64,000 nt of DNA from an uncultured Acidobacteriota bacterium (GTDB lineage: Bacteria > Acidobacteriota > Vicinamibacteria > Fen-336). The stretch spans positions 608,001 through 672,000 of the forward strand of contig OY970399.1 of assembly GCA_963720545.1 (NCBI GenBank). The letters run 5' to 3'. Position 1 is the stretch's first letter; every line of letters begins with the position of its first letter. Below the pieces are notes generated by a model. The model searched no databases and had not been told where the DNA came from. It saw only the letters and a list, made by a program, of their open reading frames with translations. Below, piece by piece: positions 27,749 to 37,871 of the stretch. The position numbers and the translations under genes were made by a program.

Positions 27749-28528
27749 ATGGAGACGGGGCTCGAAAAGCTCGCGGAGCATCGCCGCATCTGGGCCGGCA
27801 AGCCGGCGCTGCGACGCATCTACGCGGTCTGGTTCGAGGCGTTGCTGGGCGCAATGCGCCGCGAGTCGTCGGTGTTCGAGATCGGCGCGGGTCCAGGCTT
27901 CCTGCGCGAGTACGCCGCGGGACACCGGCCGGACCTTCGCTGGACGTCGACCGACCTGCTGGCCGCGCCGTGGAACACGCTCGCCGCCGACGCGGCGCGG
28001 CTGCCGCTGAAAGACGCGACCCAGGATGCCGTTTGCGGCATCGACACCCTGCATCACCTGCCCGATCCCGGCGGGTTCCTCAAGGAGGCGGCTCGCGTCC
28101 TCAAGCCGGGCGGCTCGCTGCTGCTGGTCGAGCCCTGGGTGACGCCCTTGTCCTTCCCCATCTACCGCTGGCTGCACCCGGAGGGCTGCACCAGCGCCAT
28201 CGACGAATGGCATCCGTTCGTCGCCATGCCGGGACAAAAGCGCGCCTTCGACGGCAACGCCGCGGTGCCGCGCTGCCTGGTGCGGCGCACCGGCGACGAG
28301 CGCTGGCGCGGCCTTGGCTTCGCCCCGCCGCGCCTCGTCCGCCTCAACGCGTTCCCGTACCTCCTGTCGCTGGGCTTCCGCCGCGGTTCGCTGCTGCCGG
28401 GGCCGCTGCTCGCGCCGCTGCTCCGCGCCGATCGGCTGCTGGCGCCATTGGCGCCGGTTACGGCGCTGCGCGCGCTGCTCCGCTGGGATAGGCTCGCGTC
28501 TAGCCCTGACAAAGGAGCGGCGCAGTGA
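27749..28528 (+). CDS. Class I SAM-dependent methyltransferase
   Basis: FEIGAGPG, DAARLPL, LHHLPDP..RVLKPGG. Confidence 0.9.
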   Translation: METGLEKLAEHRRIWAGKPALRRIYAVWFEALLGAMRRESSVFEIGAGPGFLREYAAGHRPDLRWTSTDLLAAPWNTLAADAARLPLKDATQDAVCGIDTLHHLPDPGGFLKEAARVLKPGGSLLLVEPWVTPLSFPIYRWLHPEGCTSAIDEWHPFVAMPGQKRAFDGNAAVPRCLVRRTGDERWRGLGFAPPRLVRLNAFPYLLSLGFRRGSLLPGPLLAPLLRADRLLAPLAPVTALRALLRWDRLASSPDKGAAQ

Positions 28529-29280
28529 GCAAGGCAGGCAAAATCGCGATCGGTTGCGGCATGGTCGTCATGCTGGCTGTTGTCGGCATTTGCGTGGCGA
28601 TCTTCTTCGGCGCGCGCTGGGCGAAGCACAAGATCGACGACACCGTGAAAACGGTGGCCGGCGACAGCAGCCAGATCGAGGACTACACGCGTCGCGCCAA
28701 CGAAACGCCGTTCACGCAGCCCGCGGACGGTGTCGTCGGCGAGGACCAGTTGAAGCGCTACCTCGAAGTGCGCAAGGAGATCTACTCCGTCTACCTCAAG
28801 TACCGGGACCAGCTCGAGAAAAAGCGCGCCGAGGACGTCAGCGCGTCCGACTTCACGCGCGCGCTCGGCGCCATCAACGAGCTCCGCCTCGCGCAGGCAA
28901 AGGGGCTTGCGTCCGCCAGGATGAACGAGGCCGAGTACCGTTTCGTCAAGACGGCTATCTACCAGGCGTTCCTCGCGACGGCCACGCAGGGAGCAACGGG
29001 CAAGCAGATGTCCGAAGTGCTGCGCGACTCGGCGAAGCAGATGGACGAGAACACGCGTCGCGCGCTCGAACAGGCCGGCAAGGTGAAGGTGGACGGCGTT
29101 GGCCAGGCGTCACCCGAGCAGATCCGCGCGGCACAGGAAAAGATGCGCGAGATGATGGCGAAGGCCGCCGACAACGCCGAGCAGCTGCGCGTGCCCGAGC
29201 AGAACCTCGTGCTCTTCCGCCGCTACAAGCCCGAGATCGACAAGTACGCGATGAACGGACTCGACCTCATCGGGCTGTAG
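28525..29280 (+). CDS. Membrane-anchored helical hypothetical protein
   Basis: N-terminal TM (IAIGCG...), AAGGAG RBS, host-like codon usage. Confidence 0.8.
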   Translation: MSKAGKIAIGCGMVVMLAVVGICVAIFFGARWAKHKIDDTVKTVAGDSSQIEDYTRRANETPFTQPADGVVGEDQLKRYLEVRKEIYSVYLKYRDQLEKKRAEDVSASDFTRALGAINELRLAQAKGLASARMNEAEYRFVKTAIYQAFLATATQGATGKQMSEVLRDSAKQMDENTRRALEQAGKVKVDGVGQASPEQIRAAQEKMREMMAKAADNAEQLRVPEQNLVLFRRYKPEIDKYAMNGLDLIGL

Positions 29281-30154
29281 GCTGCGGCAGGTCGCAGTAC
29301 GCCATGCAGAACCAGCCGCCGCCGCAGTCGATGGGGTTGAATACCCCGTCGAAATAGACCTTCCCGCCGACCTTGCGGCAACACGCCTCGCCGACGCGGT
29401 CGAGGCTCGCGAACGCGCTGCCGGGATCGTTGCCGAGGCTGCGGCAGTATCCGTGGATCCACGGGTCTATGCCGTCGTCGTCGAACGGGTTGCAGCCTGG
29501 CCTGCCCCCGCGGCACGTGTAGTGAGTCAGCCACCACACAGGATCGACCTCGACCGTGCTCCTCGTCGCATCGGTCCTGGCAACGAACATGGAACCAAAG
29601 CCGCCGGCGCAGGTCCGGGCCCGCGCGACCGCGCAGGCGCCGCGGCCGCCGCACTGTGGAGCGGCAACCTCGTAGATGTGGTTCTCCTTGCCCGGCCAGC
29701 CGCGAGCCAGGAAGCGGTCGATGCTTTCCGGTGTCGGCGCATCGATGACGCTGCGCAGCGTCCATGCGGGACAGGAGTTGCGCAGCCGCCGCGGAAACGA
29801 CCGGGTGAACGCATCCCAGGTGGCGACATAGTGCTCGCTCAACTGATCCCTGCGCCCCTGGTCGGAGAACGGCACCGTCAGCAGCGCGTCGATCCGTTCG
29901 AGCGCGTCCGGGTCGCCACCCGTGCAGGCATCGAAGGTCCGCGCCAGCACTCCCGAGGCAGTGCTGTACTGCGCGGGGCCGACGGTGCCGAGACAGCGCA
30001 GCGTCTCGCTGCCGAGGGCGGCGAGCAGGATGTCACGCGTATCCGTTTCGCGAACCTGTGCGCGCACCGTTTGCGTTGAGAGACCGAAGACCAACGCCGC
30101 TGTTGCAAGCGACCTCCGCAATGACACGATCAATCGACGACTGAGAACGTGCAT
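29267..30154 (-). CDS. Secreted Cys-rich hypothetical protein (14 Cys)
   Basis: Signal peptide ending VRA; AAGGA RBS; 15 nt downstream of the 723-aa gene. Confidence 0.75.
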   Translation of the reverse strand: MHVLSRRLIVSLRRSLATAALVFGLSTQTVRAQVRETDTRDILLAALGSETLRCLGTVGPAQYSTASGVLARTFDACTGGDPDALERIDALLTVPFSDQGRRDQLSEHYVATWDAFTRSFPRRLRNSCPAWTLRSVIDAPTPESIDRFLARGWPGKENHIYEVAAPQCGGRGACAVARARTCAGGFGSMFVARTDATRSTVEVDPVWWLTHYTCRGGRPGCNPFDDDGIDPWIHGYCRSLGNDPGSAFASLDRVGEACCRKVGGKVYFDGVFNPIDCGGGWFCMAYCDLPQPTAR

Positions 30155-30169
30155 GTTGTTTCCTTGACG

Positions 30170-32341
30170 TCAGGGATTGCAAGCGGAGCCGAATGCGCCG
30201 TCCCACTCGAATGGAACCGGCGGTTGTACCTGGCCGACGATCAAGACGAAATAGCCGGGCACGGCTTCATAGGCCAGCTTGAGCGTAGGGAGGGGATGGA
30301 ACGGCGGGTCGGGCGGCACGACGTGAAATGCCTGGCCCAGGCTCAACGTCTGCAGCGTGGTGCAGCCGCTGGCGAGCCGGGGAATCCACGCGTCGCGGTA
30401 GTACACCGCAACCTGCTTCTCCGGACACGGAAACGGTGAATAGGTGAACCCGGGAAAAGTGGGCGTTGCGGTGCGGCAGACGGCGGTTTGCGGCGCGAAG
30501 AAGTTCGGCCCGCACGTGAGGGGTCCACCGGAGACCGAGGTGCAAAGCGGCGCCGGGATGCCCGCGAGATTCGGCTGCATCACCAGGGGAATGCGCAGGC
30601 GGTCAGCATTTCCAGGAAACGTGGAAGGCAGGCGCGTCACGTCACCGACGAACGGCAGCGTGGCCTTGCGGGTGAGGTAGATCTGCGTGGGCGGCGGCGC
30701 TAGATCGTTCTTCTTCACCTCGAGGATCAGGGTCGCGGGCGTGACGCCGTAGTACGGCACCAGCCAGTTGTAACCCGGCTGCGGCAGGATGCCGCGATTC
30801 GCGGTCATTTCTTCCAGCGTTTCCTGCGCGACTTCCAGCGCCTTGTCGACAACTTCCTGCGGCACCCCTGTTTGCGAGGCGATTTCCGCGGCGAGATAGT
30901 CGACCCCTTGCTGCTTCAGCTCGTCCCAGTTCGGCAGCGACGGCGGCATGCCTATCGCCGCGAGTCCGGCGTTGATGCCGGCCTCGATCGCCGCCTCGCA
31001 TTGCGAGGGATGCGCGTTGCACAAGTCGCCCAGACCCGGCACCACCTGGATCACGGTCTTCACGACTTTGGCTGCGGCTGCCTTCACGTCCTCATAGATC
31101 TGCGACAGGAAGTCCACCGCAAGTCCCGCGCCGCTGATGGCGCCGGTGACGATCGCCGGCAGGGCGCTCGTAAACACGTCCCAGAAGCCTCCCCCGCCGC
31201 CGCTCGTCGTCTGTGAATAGCTGACACGCCAGCCGGGCTGCAGCACGAGCCCGGCCGGAACGCCACCGGCGCGCAAGGTGCAGCCATAGGCGTCGAGCGC
31301 GTAGAACGCCTGGCAGAACGCAAGCGACGGAACCGCATGCGGGCGGATGACCAGGAACGTCTGGTCGACGTAGTTGGGATGAATCGCCCCGTCGTTTTCG
31401 AAATTGAGGAACGCCGGCTTGAAAGCATGATTGTCGCCGGCCTCGAGCACCGGCGGGTCGGGCGGCGGCTCGAAGGCTTGAAGCGGGCCCTCCGGCAGTT
31501 GCGCCAGGACCACCGAGCTGCTGACCCCGTGTTGTTTCGTGTCGCACACGCGCCCGCGGCCGGCGCGTGCCGCGACGCGCACGTAGAGCGGCGCGCCCCG
31601 GACCAGCCGCTCGACGCCGGCTGCGGTGAGGGCTCGGGTTCGCGAGCCCGGGTTGGCGGCAAACCGGCCGCGCGCCGGCAGCAGCAGCTCGTTGAAATCG
31701 ACCTTCGGTATCCGCGCCCAGCGACCGGACGAACGGCCCAGCGGCCGGCGCAGGATCAGTCCCTCGGCAGGTTCCGCGCATGCATCGGCGTCGACCGGAA
31801 ACGGTGCGGTTGCGACCTGCAGCTCACCATCGATCTCCGCGGAGCCGGCGGAACGCCAGCGAAAGGCCCGAGTCCCGGTCGCGGGGTCGGCGAAGCCAAC
31901 ATGATCGCGCCCGACCCAGCTGCGGCCGCGTGGATCGAACACTTCCAGTTCCGTCGTCGCCGTGAAGCCCTCGATCAGGAGGCGGGATTGTCCGGCCGCC
32001 ACCAGGCCGCCGGTGGGTCCACGCCAGAACACCCGGCCGCATGGGTTGGGCGGCACCCGGATTCGCAGCTGGTACGCCGCGGCGGGTAGGAGGCCTTCGA
32101 TCAGAAAACTGAAGACGTGCGGATCGGACGTTCGGGAGATGACTGCCCGGGCCGCCGACGCTCCGCGCCGGGCATCCGTCAACGGCGGGGACGGCTCTGG
32201 GGCCCTCTCTCCGGTGATGCTTGCGGCCAGCGGCACCGCTCGCAGCTGGACCTGCGTCGGCCGGAACCGGCAGCCGTTGACTTCAACTGTTCCTGAGACG
32301 GACGTCGCGGCGATCGTGGCGATCAAGGATGTCCACAGCAC
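30170..32341 (-). CDS. Large secreted hypothetical protein (723 aa, 14 Cys) with a hydrophobic helical core
   Basis: Long ORF, GTG start after AAAAGGGGA, hydrophobic N-terminus. Confidence 0.8.
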   Translation of the reverse strand: MLWTSLIATIAATSVSGTVEVNGCRFRPTQVQLRAVPLAASITGERAPEPSPPLTDARRGASAARAVISRTSDPHVFSFLIEGLLPAAAYQLRIRVPPNPCGRVFWRGPTGGLVAAGQSRLLIEGFTATTELEVFDPRGRSWVGRDHVGFADPATGTRAFRWRSAGSAEIDGELQVATAPFPVDADACAEPAEGLILRRPLGRSSGRWARIPKVDFNELLLPARGRFAANPGSRTRALTAAGVERLVRGAPLYVRVAARAGRGRVCDTKQHGVSSSVVLAQLPEGPLQAFEPPPDPPVLEAGDNHAFKPAFLNFENDGAIHPNYVDQTFLVIRPHAVPSLAFCQAFYALDAYGCTLRAGGVPAGLVLQPGWRVSYSQTTSGGGGGFWDVFTSALPAIVTGAISGAGLAVDFLSQIYEDVKAAAAKVVKTVIQVVPGLGDLCNAHPSQCEAAIEAGINAGLAAIGMPPSLPNWDELKQQGVDYLAAEIASQTGVPQEVVDKALEVAQETLEEMTANRGILPQPGYNWLVPYYGVTPATLILEVKKNDLAPPPTQIYLTRKATLPFVGDVTRLPSTFPGNADRLRIPLVMQPNLAGIPAPLCTSVSGGPLTCGPNFFAPQTAVCRTATPTFPGFTYSPFPCPEKQVAVYYRDAWIPRLASGCTTLQTLSLGQAFHVVPPDPPFHPLPTLKLAYEAVPGYFVLIVGQVQPPVPFEWDGAFGSACNP

Positions 32342-32449
32342 AGGTGATCCCCTTTTCAGGTTTCACGCGAAATCGCGCAAAAGGGGGCCATGGTCTGCTT
32401 TCACCCCCTAGAATCCGTGCCTAGGCGTCCACCATTGTTCTTGCACCCT

Positions 32450-33022
32450 GTGTCGCCGGGTCCGCCCGGCGACATCACCCGGCTGCTGATCGCGTGGCAT
32501 GAGGGCGACCCTGCCGCGGCCAGGGAGTTGTTCGCGCTCGTCTACGAGGAACTGCGTTTCCTCGCCCGCGGGCGGATCCGCCGCGGCCACGATCCGTCGC
32601 TGGGGGCGACCGGGCTGGTGCACGAGGCGTACCTCAAGCTCGTGGACCATGAGCGCCTGGAACTGCGCGACCGCGGCCACTTCTTCGCGCTTGCCTCGCG
32701 GGCCATGCGCCAGGTGCTCATCGATCGCGCCCGCCGCCGCGCCGCGGCAAAACGCGGCAGCGGCGCGCCACCGGCCGAACTGAGCGACGATGTGGGCGCA
32801 CTGGATCGCGATCCTGACGAGATCCTGGCCTTGAACGATGCGCTGCTCCGCCTGGAAGCGCTCGATCCGCGCCTGGCGAAGCTCGTGGAAGTGCGCTTCT
32901 TTGCTGGCTTGTCGGTGGAAGAGGCGGCGCAAACGCTCGACATGTCTCCGCGCACTGTCAAACGCGACTGGCAGAAGGCGCGCGCACTGTTGCACCGGTA
33001 CCTCGCCGCCAGCGAGCCGTGA
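32450..33022 (+). CDS. ECF sigma factor, kinase-associated (TIGR02999/ECF43-like)
   Basis: DITRLLIAW, VYEELR, ATGLVHEAYLKL, RGHFFALASRAMRQVLID, RTVKRDW; start uncertain (32390-32450). Confidence 0.92.
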   Translation: MSPGPPGDITRLLIAWHEGDPAAARELFALVYEELRFLARGRIRRGHDPSLGATGLVHEAYLKLVDHERLELRDRGHFFALASRAMRQVLIDRARRRAAAKRGSGAPPAELSDDVGALDRDPDEILALNDALLRLEALDPRLAKLVEVRFFAGLSVEEAAQTLDMSPRTVKRDWQKARALLHRYLAASEP

Positions 33023-35526
33023 GCGAGCTGCCGGACGCCGGGCGCTGGCGCAGCCTCGAGCCACTCCTCGACCGCTTGTTCGAGGCGGCCGACGAGGAGC
33101 GGCCGGCGCTCGCGGCCGCGCTCGGCGCCGAGCACCCCGAACACTCCGCCGAATTGCTGGCGCTCGCCGCGGCGGGGAGCGCGGCAGGCGTCCTCGACGT
33201 TCCGGTGGGCGCGTTCATCGACGAGCTGCAGCATGACGAAGACGCGGGCCTTCTCGGCACGTGCGTGGGCGCGTGGCGCCTGGTCTCCGTCCTCGGCCGC
33301 GGCGGCATGGGCATCGTCTACCTGGCCGAACGCGCCGGCGGCGACTTCCAGCAGCAAGGGGCGCTGAAGCTGCTGCGCCGCGGCGTCGACACCGATGAAG
33401 TGCTGGTGCGCTTCCGCCGCGAGCGCCGGATCCTGAGCCGGCTCGAGCATCGCCACATCGCGCGGCTCCTGGACGGCGGCGCCACTGCGGACGGCCGCCC
33501 GTACCTGGTGATGGAGCACGTCCCCGGCGTGCCGATCGTCGCGTGGTGCGACGCTCGCAGCGCCACGCTGGAAGAGCGGCTGCGCCTCTTCACCGACGTT
33601 TGCGGCGCAGTCGCGCATGCCCACCGCGCGCTGGTGGTGCACCGCGACCTCAAGCCCTCGAACATCCTGGTCACGGCCGGCGGCGAGGTGAAGCTGCTCG
33701 ATTTCGGCATCGCCAAGCTGCTCGGCGCGGAGGAGGACGAAGGCCCGGTGACGCGCGTGGGCGGACGGCCGATGACGCCGCGCTACGCGGCACCCGAACA
33801 GGTTGCGGGTGAACCGATCACCACCGCCACCGACACCTACGCCCTCGGCCTGATCCTGTACGAGCTGCTGGTGAGTGCTTCGCCTTATCGCCTGCGCGGC
33901 ACCACCGACGCGGAACTGGAGCGCGCCGTCGTCACCGGCGAAGTCGAGCCGCCATCGGCGCGTGTCGACGAGGCCGCGGCGTCCCGCCTCGCCACCTCGC
34001 GCGAACGGCTGCGGCGCACGCTGCGCGGCGACCTCGACTCGATCGTCCTCAAGGCACTGCGTCGCGAACCGGAGCGCCGCTACCCATCGGCAGAATCCCT
34101 GTCGCGCGACATCGGGCGGCATCGCGAGGGGCTGCCGGTAACGGCACGGCCCGACGCGCTCACCTACCGTGCGCGCAAGTTCATCCGCCGGCACGCCCTG
34201 GGCACGGCGATGGCGGCGTTGCTGCTGGCGTCGCTGCTGGCCGGGCTCGGCGCCGTCTCGTGGCAGGGCCGGCAAGCGCGCCGCGAACGCGATCGCGCCG
34301 AGCGCGTGTCGCGGTTCCTGGTGGAACTGTTCAACGCGCCGCACCCGCTCAGCACTGGCGGTCGCGACGTCTCGGCCCGGGAGATCGTCGATCGCGGCGC
34401 CGAACGGATCGAGAAGGAACTGGGCGCCGAACCGGCACTGCAGGGCGAACTCGCCGCCACCATGGCGCGCGTGTACCTGAGCCTCGGGCTCCTCGACCGG
34501 GCTGCGCGCCTCTACGAGCGTTCGAGCGCGCATTGGGAGCGCGCCGAAGGCTTCCCCGGCAGCGCGACGCTCGCGGCACGGGCGGGCCTCGCCAACACCC
34601 TGGTTCGCGCCGGCCAGTTCCAGCGCGGCCTCGCGCTCTTCGAGCAGACGCTCGGCGCACAGCGGCGGCTCCTCGGCCCGCGCCACGAGGACACGCTGCG
34701 CAGCATGAACGATCTTGCGTTCTGGTACGGCGAGACCGGCAGGCATGGCGAGGCGGTGCCGCTGGTGCGCGAAGTGCTGCGCCACCGCCAGGCGACGCTC
34801 GGCGGCGAGCACTACGACACGCTGTGGTCGGCCAACGACCTGGCCGTCGCCTACATTCGTGTCGGGCGCGGCCAGGACGCAGCGGCACTGCTGGAGCCCG
34901 CGATCGCGACCTGGCGCCGCACGCAGCGCCGCACTCCCGATACCTTCCTCGACAACCTTGCCGACGCCTACCGCGGGCTGGGGCGGGTCGCCGAAGCCCG
35001 CCAGATCAGCGACGAAGTGGTCGAACACCGCCTGAAGCTGTTCGGAGCGGAACACCCGCAGACGCTGGTGGCGCAGCGCAATCTCTCCGTGTTGCTCGCC
35101 GCGGAAGGACGCATCGACGAGAGCCAGGCGCTCGTCGAGCGAGCGCTCGCCGGGCTCTTGAAGGTCTTCGGCGAGGATCATTACGAAACCCTTGCCGCGC
35201 GGCTCGCCATGGCCAACGTGCATTGGCGGCGGGGCCGCTTCGACGACGCCGAACGCGAGCTCGTGGCGCTGCACGCCGCCATGGCTCGCGCCCTGCCCGG
35301 CGGCCATCCGCTCATCGGCAGCAGTCTCGTCGCGCTCGCCACCTTGCGAGCGACGCGCGGCAACGAAGCGGGCGCCATCGCGGCCTTGCAGGACGCTACT
35401 CGCGAGGGCTATGCGAACCCTTTTGCGCTGGGAGCCGAGCCGGCGCTGCAACCGCTGCGGCAACGGCCCGATTTTGCCCCGATCGTGGCCTCCGCCAGGG
35501 CCAACGCCGGAGCCGCCCTCGAATGA
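33019..35526 (+). CDS. Membrane Ser/Thr protein kinase with C-terminal TPR-like repeats
   Basis: GRGGMG, HRDLKPSN, DFG, YAAPE; one TM; LG..H.DTL.S.NDLA repeats; GTGA overlap with ECF gene. Confidence 0.95.
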   Translation: MSELPDAGRWRSLEPLLDRLFEAADEERPALAAALGAEHPEHSAELLALAAAGSAAGVLDVPVGAFIDELQHDEDAGLLGTCVGAWRLVSVLGRGGMGIVYLAERAGGDFQQQGALKLLRRGVDTDEVLVRFRRERRILSRLEHRHIARLLDGGATADGRPYLVMEHVPGVPIVAWCDARSATLEERLRLFTDVCGAVAHAHRALVVHRDLKPSNILVTAGGEVKLLDFGIAKLLGAEEDEGPVTRVGGRPMTPRYAAPEQVAGEPITTATDTYALGLILYELLVSASPYRLRGTTDAELERAVVTGEVEPPSARVDEAAASRLATSRERLRRTLRGDLDSIVLKALRREPERRYPSAESLSRDIGRHREGLPVTARPDALTYRARKFIRRHALGTAMAALLLASLLAGLGAVSWQGRQARRERDRAERVSRFLVELFNAPHPLSTGGRDVSAREIVDRGAERIEKELGAEPALQGELAATMARVYLSLGLLDRAARLYERSSAHWERAEGFPGSATLAARAGLANTLVRAGQFQRGLALFEQTLGAQRRLLGPRHEDTLRSMNDLAFWYGETGRHGEAVPLVREVLRHRQATLGGEHYDTLWSANDLAVAYIRVGRGQDAAALLEPAIATWRRTQRRTPDTFLDNLADAYRGLGRVAEARQISDEVVEHRLKLFGAEHPQTLVAQRNLSVLLAAEGRIDESQALVERALAGLLKVFGEDHYETLAARLAMANVHWRRGRFDDAERELVALHAAMARALPGGHPLIGSSLVALATLRATRGNEAGAIAALQDATREGYANPFALGAEPALQPLRQRPDFAPIVASARANAGAALE

Positions 35527-35527
35527 G

Positions 35528-36827
35528 CTACGGATAGATCCGGTAAAGCATGCGCGGGAAGGCGATCGTCTCGCGCAAGTGTTCGATGCCGCACATCCAG
35601 GTGACGAAGCGCTCGATGCCCATGCCGAAGCCGGCGTGCGGTGTGGTGCCGTAGCGGCGCAGGTCGAGGTACCAGCGGAACGCTTCCTCAGGCAGCTGGT
35701 GGTCGCGCAGCCGCTGCAGCAGCAGCTCGCCGTCGCTGATGCGTTCGCCGCCGCCGACGATCTCGCCGTAACCCTCGGGCGCGAGGATGTCCGCCGACAG
35801 CGAGTACTTCGGGTCTTTCGGATCCGGCTCCATGTAGAACGCCTTGATCGCCGCCGGGAAGCGGTGCACGATCACCGGCGTGTCGTAGGCCTCGGCGATG
35901 ATCGTCTCGTCGGTGCCGCCGAAGTCGCTGCCCCACTCGGTCGTCGAACCCTTGGCGCGGATCAGCGCGATGGCGTCGTCGTAGTGCAGCCATGGGAAGG
36001 GCGCGCTGCACCTTCTCGAGGCGGGCCGGGTCGCGCTCCAGGGTCTTGAGCTCCGCGGCGTTGCGCGTCGCCAGCACGCGCCTGCGCCGCGTGCGCGATC
36101 ATGCCCTCGGCCACCGCCATCGCGTTTTCGAGGTGCGCGAACGCCATCTCCGGCTCGACCATCCAGAACTCGGTGAGGTGGCGGCGCGTCTTCGACTTCT
36201 CGGCGCGGAAGGTCGGGCCGAAGCAGTAGACGTTGCCGTGCGCCGCGGCGGTCGCCTCGTTGTAGAGCTGGCCGCTCTGCGTCAGGTACGCGGTGCCTTC
36301 GTCGAAATACGGGACGCCGAACAGCGTCGTCGTGCCCTCGCAGGCGGCTGGCGTGAAGATCGGCGTGTCCACGAGCAGGAAGCCGGCGTCGTCCAGGTAG
36401 TCGCGCACTGCCTTGACCACCGTGTGGCGGATGCGTGCGATCGCGTGCTGCCGCGGCGAGCGCAGCCACAGGTGGCGGTTCTCCATGAGGAACGCGGTGC
36501 CGTGCTCCTTCGGCGTGATCGGGTACTCGCTGGTGGCGCCGACGACGCGCAGTGCTTCGACGTCGAGCTCGAAGCCGCCCGGAGCGCGGGCATCGGCGCT
36601 GCACCTTGCCACGGACCTCGAGCGACGTTTCCTGGCCGAGGTGCTCGGCGGCCTCCCAGGTTTCCGGCGTCCACGGCCGCTTTCGCGATCACCGCCTGCG
36701 CGAAGCCGCTGCCGTCGCGGATCGTCAGGAACTGGATTTTGCCGCTCGGCCGCCGGTTGTGCACCCAGCCGGAGACGGTCACTTCCTCGCCGACATGGCC
36801 GGCAAAGTCGCTGATGCGCACGCTCAT
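35528..36827 (-). CDS. asnS: Asparagine--tRNA ligase, split by apparent indels
   Basis: [53 protein letters not shown] across several frames. Confidence 0.93.
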
Positions 36828-36856
36828 CGTTTATCTGGTCCTCAGGTTTCTACGGT

Positions 36857-37871
36857 TCAGGCGAGTTCTTCGATGTGCCGCGCGAGCACCCGGCGCAACG
36901 CGTCCTGCTCGGGGTGGCGCGCCAGGTTGGCGCGCAGGTGCGCGAGGGTGCGCGGCACGTACTGGAGATAGACCGGATTGCCGCGCACCGTGGCCATGTA
37001 GCCGAAGGTGCCGAGCGCCTTCAGGTTGCGCTGCATCGCCGTCAGGTCGAAGCGCCGCATGAAGGCGCCGCGCTCCTCGCCCGGCACCGCTTTCTGGCGA
37101 AAGCTCCTCGGCAAGCTCGGCAACCGAACCCTTCTCGATGTCGACGTATGAATCCTTGAGGAGCGACACCAGGTCGTACGTGGCCGGACCCATGCGCGCG
37201 TCCTGGAAGTCGATCCAGTAGAGAAGGCCCTCGTGCAGCATCAGGTTGCGGCTGTGGAAATCGCGGTGGCACAGCACCTGCGGCCAGGAGGCGATCTCGG
37301 CCGACAGGCCGTGGAAGCTCTCGCCGAGCGCCGAGCGGTCGCCGACTCCCAGGTCGCGCTCGCGCAGGCCCTCGAGGAAGTGCTTGACGAAATAGTGCAG
37401 CTCCCACGAGAGCTTCTCGATGTCGAAGGCGACGCCGAAGCAGGCCGCTGTCTGCGGGCCGCGGCCCGCCTCGAGCTGCAGTCGCGCGAGGTCGGAGATG
37501 GCGGTCTTGTAGAGCGCCAGGACCTTGCGGTGCGGGGTGTCCGCGAGCACCGACTGCAGCATCCGGTCGCCGAGGTCCTGCTGCACCACGATGCCGCGCT
37601 GCGGGTCTTCGTCCTCGATGCGCGGCGTCGGGATGCCCCATGCGAGCAGCAGCCGCTGCATGACGCTGAACGGCAGCTCGTCGGCGATGAACGGTTCCGG
37701 ATAGACGGAGACGACGGCTGCGAGGCCGGGGCCGGAGACCCGATAGTAGCGCCGCGTCGAGGCATCGCCGGCGAGCACTTCCACCGCCGCTCCCTGATGG
37801 CCGCGGGAGCGAAGGTAGTCCTCGAGGCGGCGATCGGCGGCCGCCGCGGTCTTCACCCGATTCTCGCCCAA
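36857..37871 (-). CDS. APH-family phosphotransferase, AmgK-like (MurNAc/GlcNAc kinase), frameshift near 37100
   Basis: GDASTRRYYR, QDLGD, HRDFHSRN, IDFQDA; C-terminal QRNLKALGTFG in ORF 36857..37123. Confidence 0.85.
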
